Assembly: GCA_036172245.1 (NCBI GenBank)
Contig: JAYWIR010000020.1
Location: 1,674,001 to 1,738,000, forward strand
DNA: 64,000 bases
Source: Raillietiella orientalis
Lineage: Eukaryota
Reading direction: 5' to 3'
Shown: positions 52,641-64,000 of the stretch, one piece after another
Layout: every line of letters begins with the position of its first letter
Numbering within the stretch: position 1 is the first letter of the stretch
The notes under the pieces: generated by a model
What the model was told of the DNA's origin: nothing
Database searches by the model: none
Seen by the model: only the letters and a program-made list of their open reading frames with translations
Position numbers and translations under genes: made by a program

Positions 52641-54097
52641 TTATTTTCATTCATTTTTAGGTTGGATTGTTTGTTTGTATTGTTTTAATCCGCCATCCCC
52701 GTTCGCTCCGAAATTCCCCGGTGTTATGGCTTTTACACAGTGCCTCCCGGAGCCCACCCAAGGACCTCTCTCGAATCTGCTGCGGACCCGTCACCTGAAA
52801 CGGCTGCCGTGCTTGCACATTGCAATCGAGGCGAAGAAGTGACAAGAGGCACGATTTGTCAAGATCTCCCAGTTCTTTTATTGTAGTTTCCTGGGCCCAC
52901 GGCATGTCACTGATGAAACGATGCAGTGAAGTCTCTCCATTCCACATCGAAAAGCAGCTTGCCAAGTGCTTTTCAGGAAGTGATGGCATGATTACATCTT
53001 TAGAAAATGAACAGCCAGTTCTCTGCGTACTTATTTCCAGTTCCCTCGTGAATTTTCCAACTTCAGTGAGTAAAGGTTCATAATTTTCATGCATTCTGCT
53101 ATGGCATACAGGACGCAATCGAATTATTCAAGCTTATTTCAAAATATTAAATTGTAAAAGTAGCAAATGCGGTATTTATGTTTGCTTTGATCTGCTTCTA
53201 ATTGGCTGGCTTTAGTAAAAGTATCGGCACAAAGTTATGGTCGTGATCAGCTTTCATAAGGATTTATGTTAAATGGGAAGCTTACTCACATTCACAGTTC
53301 GCTATGATATTTTTGTTTTCCTCTTGTCCCTTGCACTTCTTTCGCACACGTTATGATGGAACTTCTCTGCTAAATGCATCACAAATTTGATTTTAATACC
53401 CATGAAGGTGAGAAATTTGCAAGGAAAGGAAAGAATCAAATGAGTGTTGTCGACACATCTTCGAAATTGATGTGATCCATAGTGCATGCAAATCAATAGT
53501 CATTGTCTCCTCTTGTGATACAAATGCCACCATCACCGCGGGGTTTAGTTGTGTGTTCAAAAAATGCAGATTCGTAGATCACTTTCGGTTCCAAGATTTC
53601 TACAATACCCATCACAGAATGCAAAAGTGGCTTTGTGGCTTATTGTGACTCATATATGTGGAGCCGTTACATGCTACTTTACACATGGAATTCAGTTTTG
53701 GGGACTTCAATCCCTCAAAACTGGAAGGAATAATTCCATTAATATTTATGCTGACACGCTGTATATTTAGCAAATAGCAGTGCAAGAGCAATTGCTTCAA
53801 ATGCTTCTTTCTCATCTAGAAATTGTGGGATTCAAATCTCTATAGTTGTTCGGCAAATCTGACAAATCACAATCAGCAGAATTATTGACAACTTGTTTGA
53901 AATTTAACTTTTTCACCTCCTATGCTAAATTTTCTGGTTTATGAAGACTTGAATCATCAGGAATGAGAATTGGTATTGGCTTTTTAAAAATCACCAGTGT
54001 CCAGCTTTCGATGGAACCAAGGTTACTTTGTCTATAAATATGTGGTGAAAGGGAGAATGTTGGGGTCATTATAACCAAGGAGTCGTAAATAGCTGCA

Positions 54098-55282
54098 GTT
54101 TCTCCCGGTCCTACAAGCAGTAGGTTGAATTTATTTAACAATTTGACAATTCATACTCATTCAGACATACTTCATCTCTGTATTCTCACTCACTTAATTC
54201 AGAGTTTTACAGATTGGGTTACTTTCGATGTTTATCTTTCCATAGGGTCACTGGGGGAAGGAGATGGGTTCACTTTTGTGGACAACGTTCGCGATCTGCA
54301 AGATGTAGCGGTATGACCATGCAGGTATGCTGCCACAGCGTCTGATCTTTGTGTCCGTCTTGATTATGTCCCTTCTTAATAGTCATCGACAGTGTCGTTG
54401 TTCCGGTAGTTTGACCGTTTGCCTTCCTAATCACGACACTTCTGATGAACTGGGCAATGGTGCTTCACCATGGTATTGTATCTGGAAATTTTTACGTTCT
54501 CATCGAACATTCCCGCTAAAATGTTCATTATGGTGGTCCCCTGCCGGCCAATCGCTGCCTTCAGCGTGCCCCCAGTCCTGGTGCAGCGTTGGGCAGGTGA
54601 GTACGTGGAGCTGGGTTTCCCTGCTGCCACACGCCTTTCAGAGCTCGTCTTCGATGTTTCCAGTCCAGTGTGCTGTTCTGCTACCACTCAGGACTCCTCC
54701 ATGGGTAAACAGGAGGAAGCTTTCTTGAATGTCTGGTCGTAGGCTGCCCATGAAGACCGCTTGCAGGTTCATCATCCGGATCCCGTAAAGGTTGGCAGTC
54801 ATGGCGAGGACGTCGTTTTTGCGGTAGTTGTTCATCATTACATCCCGTATTCTAACATTGGTTTCCAGGATCCAGGCGTTGCATGCTTGATGTTTCCCAA
54901 GCTCTGGAGTTTTGCAGATGAATTTCCCTCTCATGCTTTCCGCGTAGCGAAAGAGTCGCATCTTGGGGACGTTGCCAATCGTTGCGAACTGTTCACATTG
55001 GTGGATGGTCACTGCTGGATTCTGAATATCCACTTTCAGGTCTTCCTGAGTACTGGTACAAAATACGGGATAGCCATGGCCAGTTCTTCATTTCACAGTT
55101 CTTTGCTTCGAGATACTATCTTGAAGCGGTAGTTCGCCATCGATGACTGTTTACTTCTCCATGTGGAGTCGATGTTGCCAAGTTCCCCATGTTTGCTTAT
55201 GAGTGCCGACATCAGGCCACTCGAGTTGACCAGCTTTGAGTAAGCTCTGTAGGTTGCACAAAGTCATTGTTCCCATTCAGAG
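54098..55282 (-). mobile_element. 5'-truncated LINE of a divergent family
   Basis: LLFTHGGVLSGSRTAHWTGNIEDEL*KACGSRETQLHVLTC aligns with the C-terminal finger region of the other copies; minus-strand AATAAA near 54130; 16-bp direct repeats on both sides. Confidence 0.6.
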
Positions 55283-57290
55283 GTCGTAAATAGCTGCATC
55301 ACCAAGTGTTTTTCCCCAACAGGTCTCCGACGGATACGAGCTGCCTTTTTATGACCTTCCAGCGTCTTATTCAGAATTTGACATTGCATATAAGTACTAT
55401 AATCCCACCTTGTACATCAGGCATACTAAATACCATATCCTTCACCATCTATACTTGAGCCCACTTGCCATAAGAACTCACGTAAGGAGAACATAAAAAA
55501 TGAAAGCAACCAAAGTATAAAGTTTTCCTCTGCATTGATAATACAATCACTACAACTCTTTATACCTTGCACCCTTCAATAATCATTATTTCCTTGATAA
55601 TTTTTGCTATCTCACAGTCTAAATATTTCGGACAGTTCGCATTGATGGGACCATGACGTAACTCGTAAAATTTCGGTACTTGGCAACGCTGTTTTTCTAT
55701 TATTTTTTGCGTGATTTTATTTTTCTTCTTAGGTCGTAGAATACCATTTTCATAATCATTCATAACTGTCCAATAATTAGGAGAAAGACCCCAATACGTC
55801 ATTTCACGCTAGAGTGCCATTTCATTTCTCAGAAAACGAGTCATGTATTACAAGAAAAGTAGGATTTTTCCGAAGTTTTTCGAAAGATAAACGTGACATT
55901 TGTGTTACTCTATCACAGATTCCATGTATTCCTATCCAATGATTTGCATTCGACAGAAAAAGATAAAAAAATGGGAAAAACAAGTGATACTTTAGATTAA
56001 TGAATGCTTTAGTGAGAATGTAGTACAGATGTTTATGGTTATATTTGCAAATCAGAGCTCTTGTTTATTAACACTCATACAAATTCTTGTCTTGCAGAGA
56101 GGATGAAAACGATTATGTCGAAATTTTAAAGGAATCGGATACGAGAATAATTACTGAATTTTTGAGCTTTCTTGGTAAGGTAATGAAAGTAAAAAATGTA
56201 TTGACCCTCCTATACGAGGTAGTTAGTTATGGTTGTAATTTTATTGGTGATTTTCTAAAAAGTCATTCAGAATAGTTGCTTTAGTAAAATGGTGATACTA
56301 ACAGTAGGGAGTTTTGTATGTAAAATATTCCTAATAACTACAAATTTCAACATTGTTGTACTGAGATAGCTGCACTACTGCCACAAAATTTATGTGTGCC
56401 TCCTAAAAAACGTGTTCCTTTGTTTTCCTTCATAAACTATCTGATGTGCATCCTACTACGCAATCTATTTTCCCTTATCCTAATCAGATACTTCCTTTGT
56501 TGTTTTTCTGTTGAAATCACTCTGATGACCATCCTACATCATCACATCTTTTCTGACAATCCTGTGCACCCTTCTCAACTCGTAATGCAGTGTTCTGTGT
56601 TGAACATGAAGTTTATTTTCGCACTACCCACATGATTCTGATTGTAGTTAAATTAGCTGGATCCCAACACCCCTTTGTTTTTTATTCAGGTAGTTGACTC
56701 TGGGATGCAGATAATTTCCATCTTTGCCAGTTATCTATTTAATATAATCAAAAAAAAATTATTACTTTCAAATGATACGACCATACTGTCATTCTCTGTG
56801 CAGTTATACATACAGTTTCTACTTTGGTTGCAATTCTTTAAGATTTCAGGAATGTGCAAACTGATGATTGTGTCCAGTTTCATTACATATAATGTTACAT
56901 AATCTCATTATCTTTCAGCTGGTTTTCCTACATCCAAAAACAAAAAACACTCCCAATAACTTATCACCAAGTAAAAAAAGGAAATACAGTTCCCTGTTCC
57001 TCTGAAAAAAAACATCAATATTTGCAAAACATTTTGTGTCTTTTTTAAAAAAAAGGGACCAACTATATTATTGTTAATCTGGCAATGAAAGAATTTACAT
57101 AATCACTCCTTACAATAAATTATTTTCATGATTACTATATTTTTATATTTAAGGTTCCTCTGACAAACATTCTATGCAACTAATTTAAATAAAATTTTGA
57201 TATAAATTGCATTCTAAGAAATCTGTATTCAAATGAATCATTTCTAAAGTAGCTTGATAATCTTTGCTACCATAACTGCATCAAAATCAT

Positions 57291-59501
57291 CTAACTGGCA
57301 TTAGGTGTGCCAGAATTTTTGCTATAAGTTTTATCATACAACTTAATGTATTCCTTTTTGAGTTCCTCTCTTTTTGCAAAATAATCAGGATACTGGGCTT
57401 TTTCCAGTGGATGCCAGAAATCTAATACATGATCTGTAGGATATATTTCTCTCTGATAACAAATGCCTCCTGGGGAATTGTGCCCTATACACATTTTCAA
57501 AATCAGTTCAGCTACACAGAATGAATCTTACATTTGAATGGAAACGGATGTAAATTCTTCTTCAGTTCTCTTTCACCAGCAGCCAGCAAAGCTCTCGCCA
57601 AATTTATATCTCTAACATTCTTATTATCATCAAAGCGCTTTCTTAATTTTACAGCATGATAACGGAGTTCCCATCTGAAAATATTCAAATACATTTCAAA
57701 GAATTCAAAGGCATCTTTGGAAATCAAATCTTGCTCTATAATCCTCAACTCTTCAAATCTAATAATATTCATTTTGATCACAGTTATAACAACAATAAAT
57801 GTGGCATTTGTCTACTAAGCATGCTCATATTGCAAGGAGTAAATATTTAAACATTCTATCAGAACATCAAGCTTAACTCAAGAGAAATAGACAATAAAAA
57901 AATCAATAAAAAATACTGAACACAAAATACAGGACAACACATTCATCAGTATTGGTTAACATTTATTTATCTCTTCACAGTGCTTAGTAATCTTTAAAAC
58001 TGTACTGAAATTTGCGGAAACATCTACATTAATTGATATAGATACATAGATAAATATTTAAGTTGCTGATGTATGCTGTTTAAGCACCTTTGTGCAAATT
58101 TTTGCCGTTAGTAATTAATTGATTCATGGAATTCGGAGACATCTGTTTAAGCACATCACATGCCTACTTGGTTGAAATTGGTTAACAAGTCACAACAAAT
58201 GAAGAATTTCATCTTACTATAATCTACACAAATGACACTACAGACTTTCTGGAGAATTACGCAGAGAGCATGGTAAACCAATTCTGAAAGAACTTACAGC
58301 CTTCTTTAGAGATCTTAAGTGACACTTATCGATAAATGCTTTCAATCACTAATTCATTATTCCGAGAAACCAAAACAAAAAACAACCTGCATATTATTGT
58401 ATATTAACATATATCATATATTAACATTTGCCAAAAAATGCAGTTACTGGAGGAGACTGGGGTTGCGGGAAAAAAAAAATGATAGACATCTGTGGTTCAT
58501 GACAACGTCACTGGAAGATGGCTGTCATTTTGTACTTATTCAAGCCCCTTTTAGAGCTATGTTGCAGTTTTTAAATACTTTTTTTGAAAGTAATTCTGTA
58601 CACTTTGATCGCTTCTCGGCCTTTTGGCTAAGATCAAAGTGTACAGAATTACTTTCAAAAAGTATTTAAAAAATGCAACATAGCTCTAAAAGGGGCTTGA
58701 ATACGGAAGTACAAAATGACAGACATCTGTGGTTCATGACAATTACAATGTAAGTGATTACTCACACATACAGATCTGACAAACATATTGCTATAAAATT
58801 AATGTTTCCTGAGGCATGATAAACACTAAGAATACATCGATACGCCAATCCAAGTACAGAAAAGCTTGTTTCAGATTAGTATATGTATATACAATTCAAA
58901 ATGAGAGTGCACAAAAATGTGCACTCTCAAGACCGGGAGCTATCACAAAGATAACTAAATTCTAGGAATTAAATAATACTTATTATATTTTGATACATCT
59001 TATGCCTCGCCTTTCAGGATAATGAGCTTTCAGATTGTAAAGAGCCCTCTTGTATAAGCTTCTCACTTCATCGACATGCCGTACAACTCTTGTTTCAAGA
59101 TATGGAATTTTAATGGAAAACAGTAACTGATGAAATATTTTCATGATTAATTCAGCATTTGTATTCGGCAATTAACGTGGGGATATAGTAATACATCTTC
59201 AAATTGACTACAAAACAGATTTCTTTGCATTACAAACTACACAAATTCAGAGCTACCAGATTGTCACTTTTTTGTGCAATCTCAAAAGCACAACAACATT
59301 AATAACTTGAAAAAAGTCTTTCTCTTCAAAGAATAATTCCGATTTCCACTACTGGAATCTAGGGAATGCACACACATCCTTAAGACTTCCAGTATTATTT
59401 TAACGAATTCTAAATGTGCATAATTTTTTTGCAATGAACTTCAAGATTTTTTTCTAATGAATGTTATATACTAACTTCAGAGTTGTATAACTACTCACCA
59501 T
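57291..59501 (-). CDS. NDUFB9: NADH:ubiquinone oxidoreductase subunit B9 (B22, LYR family); exons about 59501-59499 (tentative), 59126-59011, 57674-57532, 57484-57291
   Basis: [10 protein letters not shown] (LYR motif), [45 protein letters not shown]; splice phases 0/2/1 are consistent. Confidence 0.93.
58522..58722. repeat. long inverted repeat (arms 58522-58610 and 58632-58722) with 22-bp direct repeats at 58484-58505 and 58721-58742
   Basis: ctgtcattttgtactt...gtacactttgatc / gatcaaagtgtac...aagtacaaaatgacag; DR agacatctgtggttcatgacaa. Confidence 0.95.
58608..58643 (+). pseudogene. U2: U2 snRNA 5' fragment (nt 1-36)
   Basis: ATCGCTTCTCGGCCTTTTGGCTAAGATCAAAGTGTA matches the conserved U2 5' end; the expected continuation GTATCTGTTC is absent. 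Confidence 0.92.
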
Positions 59502-60231
59502 TAAACTTGAATTCATCATGAAAAGATTTTTTTGAATTTTCATATGCCGATATAGCAAAGTAAATAGGAGATCTAGAAATCTAAAGCAAGATTATTTCGT
59601 GTATTTTATTTTTTGTGAATACAAGATTAAACGAATCTATCACGATATAAAATCTACGTAGTTTAGAAAGATTTTAATGCTGCATTTTTTGCAGCTAAAA
59701 TATTCTATTGTTATGTTCTATTGATTGTATTTAAAAAATAATAGGTTTTATTTTTATTATTTTTAAAAAAAAATAATGGATAAAACATATTTTCAATTAA
59801 AAAGCTTTTTTTTTTAAAAAAAAGCGCTTTTTAATTTAAGCGAAAAGTTTTTTGGTAGGATCTCTATGCATTTATCTATTGAGTAAGAACACAGACAATA
59901 GGAAGCATAACTAAACGATACAGGTATAATCTTAATTTTCATTAAATTTAGTTCAAAATCAACCATCCTACTGGAATGTATCAAAACTGACGTGAAGCGC
60001 ATCATGTATCTTTTTTCTTCACGTAAATTTTGCAATCCTTGCAGAACTATGAAAACTCTAGAAATCTCTGAACTTCAACCATTTTCCAAATATTAGAATG
60101 TGAAGAGCAATCCAATAGGCACAGTGCTTTCAATGACTGTTGATGTTTCTTATGATTTGAAATCGCTCTATCTTCTTTCCAGCCCAAAAGCAATCAAATG
60201 ATACAAGGAATACTAATGTAAGTTGAAAGAT

Positions 60232-63200
60232 GGGGTGTCATCGAATTCACACACGACAACGCAAACGATGTCTTACGCAGCAGCAACGGCGGGCACTAAT
60301 GCCCAACAAAACCGTGTTTTTGGTGAGCCAGAATCTGGAAAAATCGAAAATAAGGATGAACCGGTCATACGGACAAGTCCGGACGTGAGGCCTGTCAAGT
60401 TTAAAACTGGACTTATCCGTGTAAATAACATAAAAGAGGTCTACTTAGCCCTATTTAAGGCGAACGTAGATTTTGATCGAGTGCAGGCGATCATACCAAG
60501 TACAATAGGGTTCACTATTTATACGGATAGTGAAACCTTAATTGAAGAGTTAATTGAAAAGGGGATTAATATCCAAGTACGGTGGGTGCGAGGCATTGGC
60601 GAGATGCCGCACACCACAGTGTTCCTAGGTGGCGTTTGCATAACTAGTAATAAGCAAGCCATCTGGAGTTTTGTATCCAAATATGGCGAAGTCCTGGACG
60701 TAGAGTTACTTTGGAAAAGTGTTCTCAGGAAATATAAGGGCAAAAATAAAGTTGTTGGAGGGAGTGCAGATTCCAGGGTTGGCGCATATCGATGCCGACT
60801 CCCAGGATGTCTACGTTCGCTACAGGCAACAGCCCATTTTCTGCACAGGGTGCAAGTACTTTGGCCATAGGTCAGTACTTGTCCACGGTCTAGATGTTTC
60901 CGTTGTGGAAAGATTGGACATCAGGTTAGGTCGTGACAGATGCCGGAGGTGTGCGCCTTTTGCAAGGCTCCAGGCCACGCGAAGTGGAACTGCCCGGAGT
61001 TTGCAAATTGGCGAACTATGCGGGGTTTTTCCCCCGTGAGGGAAAGGGTCGAGAAACCGACCGAAGAGCCAAAAAAGGTAGTCGCAGAGATGGCGAGGAA
61101 GAGGGGCGTAGTCCCGAGTATGTCTTAGGACGGTTTTCTGGAAGTAAGGAGGAAAGGGAAAAAGGGGATACCCCCGAGGGTACAGGAAGTTCCCAAGGAG
61201 ACGGAAGAAGTAAAGGAAATAGTAGAGGAAAGCGAGATGGCGGAAAAAGAGGATAATGATAGTGTAGAGATAGAGAGTGTTACGGTAACGGAGGAAACTC
61301 TGCAGGTTACTGAAGACTCGGAAAAGTTAGCAGAAGATTCCAGCAAGGAAAAATCGAAGAAAAGAAAGAGCAGGAACGATTGCTCCGACGATTCTGCGGA
61401 GTCCAGGACGACATCAACAGGACGGTGGAGGTAACCCATCGTGAGAAGCTGGAGAACAAGCTTCTCAAAGTGAAGGCAGAGTACTGCGCAAGAGTGAGCC
61501 TGAAGAAGCTTCCAGCCAGTGCCAGTGAGAAGTCGGAACAAGGGACAGAGACCACCGACCTCACTGGCACAGAAAGTGATGCAGGAAGCGAAAAGCCTGC
61601 GGCTTCCGGGAGGAAGAAGATTTCTCCTCGGTAGATAAAGACCAGAAGAATAAAACAATAAAACTACCCACTTTGTGGCCTCGTTCTTATCAACCAGCAG
61701 GAGAATCAACATTACCTCCTGGAATATTAATGGATTGTTGGATCAAGGAAAAAGAAAAAGGATTGTGCGAAACATTGCCAAACAAGACATTATATGTTTG
61801 CAAGAAACCCATCAGATGGGACAGCAAATCACCCTTGAATTAGAACGACTTTTGAAAGGACAAATATTTGTTAGTGAAAGACAGAAGAAAACCATGGGTA
61901 TAGCGATTTTCATTTCAAACGAACTCGCCCACACCATTTTGGAAACCTTCGGCCCAATTTCGGGGCGAATTATCGTAGTAAGGCTAGCCTGGTCCGCTAA
62001 CGTTTATCTGTTTTTGGTGAACGTATACGGACCACACAAATTAAAACATCGGTGCGCGGAAACCTTGCACGAAGCACTCCGCAAACGAGCCGTAACAAAG
62101 GATATCATCATTATCACGGGAGATTTGAACATCTTGAATGAGATCACTCACTCCCAGGACACTAGAGGAAGAAGGGCATATCAGCGGTTGTCCGATGACT
62201 TCGGACTTCAGTGGCGAACAGCTAGCCACAAACCGATCGACCATATCTTGTATAGCTCGGAAATTGAAAACCGTACACAGGGTTTTCGGGACATGCAAAC
62301 TTTGCTGTCCGATCACCCGGTACGGTTCTCTCTTCGAAAAGAAACCCTCGGAGGAGCAAAGAAACTAGGGCGGCGCTCATATGCATGCCCACGTGGTTCG
62401 AAACGCTTCCCTGTCACCAGGAAGTCATCGAGGCGATTCTGCGAGATGCAATTGTCCGCAGAGTCGCCGACTGGGACAGACTGAAGCATAGAGTCCATCT
62501 ATTTTGTAATATGCAATTTGGCGATAAGAGGTTGAGGCAAGAAGCGTACCGATAGCTAAACACCCAAGACCGCTCACTCTCAAGGTACTATGAACAGTAT
62601 GAGAGTCTATATGTTTTCGAAATACAAAAGGGGAAGTGGGTGTCTTAGAAAAGAAAAACCTAGCAACAGATATCTTCTGTATACAATATGTATACAGTTA
62701 TAGTCGAAATACAACGGAAGACATCGTGGATGCCTTTGAAAGGCATTACACGGAACACTTCCGACGACAACACCTGAGCCAAGCAAGTGAAAATATTTTC
62801 TTGAAATACCTTGGAAAAAAGACGGATGACCTCCAATCGAAGAGACTGGAGGAGGACTTCACCGAATACGAGGTGAAAGCTGCGTTTCAAGAATTACGCA
62901 AGGACGTGGCAGCAGGCCCTGATAGTGTTCCCATCACGCACTACCAGCGGTACCTGCATGCCTACCTGAGTTTATTCCACCAGCTGACCCTCTCCATCCG
63001 AGAAGAAGGACAACTACCAGGATCCTTCTTCGAGAGTCGGATGAGATTGCTGCCGAAAGGAGGCGACCTAACACAGGTCGCTCAATAAAGGCCAATCTCT
63101 GTCCTGAACTCCTATGCCAAGTGGTTGGTGAAGATTTGGGCCAAGCTCTTAGGCAAGGTCACGCCAAATCTCATCTCTCCGGTCCAGACATGTGCGGTGC

Positions 63201-64000
63201 CCGTGCCCGGACGCCACATGTCGGACAATGTCAAGTGTGCCCAGGCCATCGTGGGACTAAGTCGACATGTCGACGAGAACCTGATGCTGGTGTTCACCGA
63301 CATGGAGAAAGCTTTTGATACCATCGACCATGGGATGCTGCTGAAGATTCTGGAAAAGCTGGGCCTTCCGGAATACTTCGGCAACTTCGTGAGGATGATA
63401 CTCCAGAAACAGTACTTCCGAATTAAGATTCATGGAGAAGAGACGGCAGCCATCCGGATGGAACGGCGAGTCCGCCAGGGCGACTCGCTAAGTCCAATGC
63501 TGTTCGTCATCTACATGGAGGCGCCATCTTCCTTCATCAACAAAAGTGGACGTCTCCAAGGAATCACTATCGATGATCAGAAGCTCACCCATCTGGCATA
63601 CGCGGACGATCTCCTCTTCTTTATTAAAGGAGAGCAGAATCAGCTAGCGTTCCTGGATGTGGTGGAGCTGTTGGAAGAGGGAATGGGCTTGAAGATCAAC
63701 GCCCATAAAAGTCAAATTTTGCCCGTGGGAATCCTGGATCTCTCTGCTCTCACCGGGAGAGGATTCTGAACGGTGGATAACGCCAAGTACCTAGGAGTCC
63801 ACATCGGTGACGAGTCGGCGTCGAAACTACTGTGGACACAAATCCTAGGAAAAACGGCGAACGAAGCTGCAAAATACACTAGATTGGACTTTGGTATGAA
63901 GAGAAAGGCGAACCTTTGGAATAGAATACTCCTTCCCAAGGTACTCTTTGGACCGGCCTTCGCCAGAACGAACAAGGATACCATAAGGGAAGTTGAAAAA
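60232..64000 (+). mobile_element. Tx1/L1-clade non-LTR retrotransposon, 5' part present, ORFs disrupted, continues past the window
   Basis: ORF1 from ATG 60268 (MSYAAA; CTGCKYFGH, CFRCG..GH, CAFCKAPGHAKWNC knuckles); ORF2 APE ITSWNINGL, CLQETH, GDLN, IDHIL, SDH; RT DMEKAFD, VRQGDSLSP, YADD, KYLG; several stops and frameshifts. Confidence 0.93.

Noticed and set aside
55560..55802. 80-aa minus-strand ORF (MTYWGLSPNYW...)
   Set aside because: No homology recognised, and an upstream in-frame stop interrupts a longer frame; cannot assign.
58608..58643. Functional U2 snRNA gene
   Set aside because: Only the first 36 nt are present; no Sm site or 3' stem-loops follow.
1..64000. CRISPR arrays, tRNA/rRNA genes, prokaryotic operons
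   Set aside because: None seen; the sequence has spliceosomal introns and eukaryotic retroelements.

Overview
Eukaryotic, most likely arthropod, genomic DNA in three blocks. (1) 3.1-17.9 kb: a BTB-zinc-finger transcription factor gene with an Abrupt-like BTB domain. Four common coding exons end in a single phase-1 donor, followed by 11 intact tandem alternative terminal exons, each encoding a different C2H2 finger pair with its own stop and nearby AATAAA. Two double-length gaps in the array may mark decayed exons. (2) About 18-55 kb: a GC-richer graveyard of degraded Tx1/L1-type non-LTR retrotransposon fragments in both orientations. It also holds a mitochondrial cox3 fragment (NUMT) and a near-complete endogenised CRESS ssDNA virus (Rep, CAGTATTAC stem-loop origin, decayed capsid). 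(3) 57-64 kb: NDUFB9 on the minus strand, whose GC-AG intron carries a 36-nt U2 snRNA 5' fragment at the tip of a ~90-bp inverted repeat bounded by 22-bp direct repeats, then a less degraded Tx1-like LINE running off the window. Gene models were derived by eye from splice signals and reading frame; no database searches were run.
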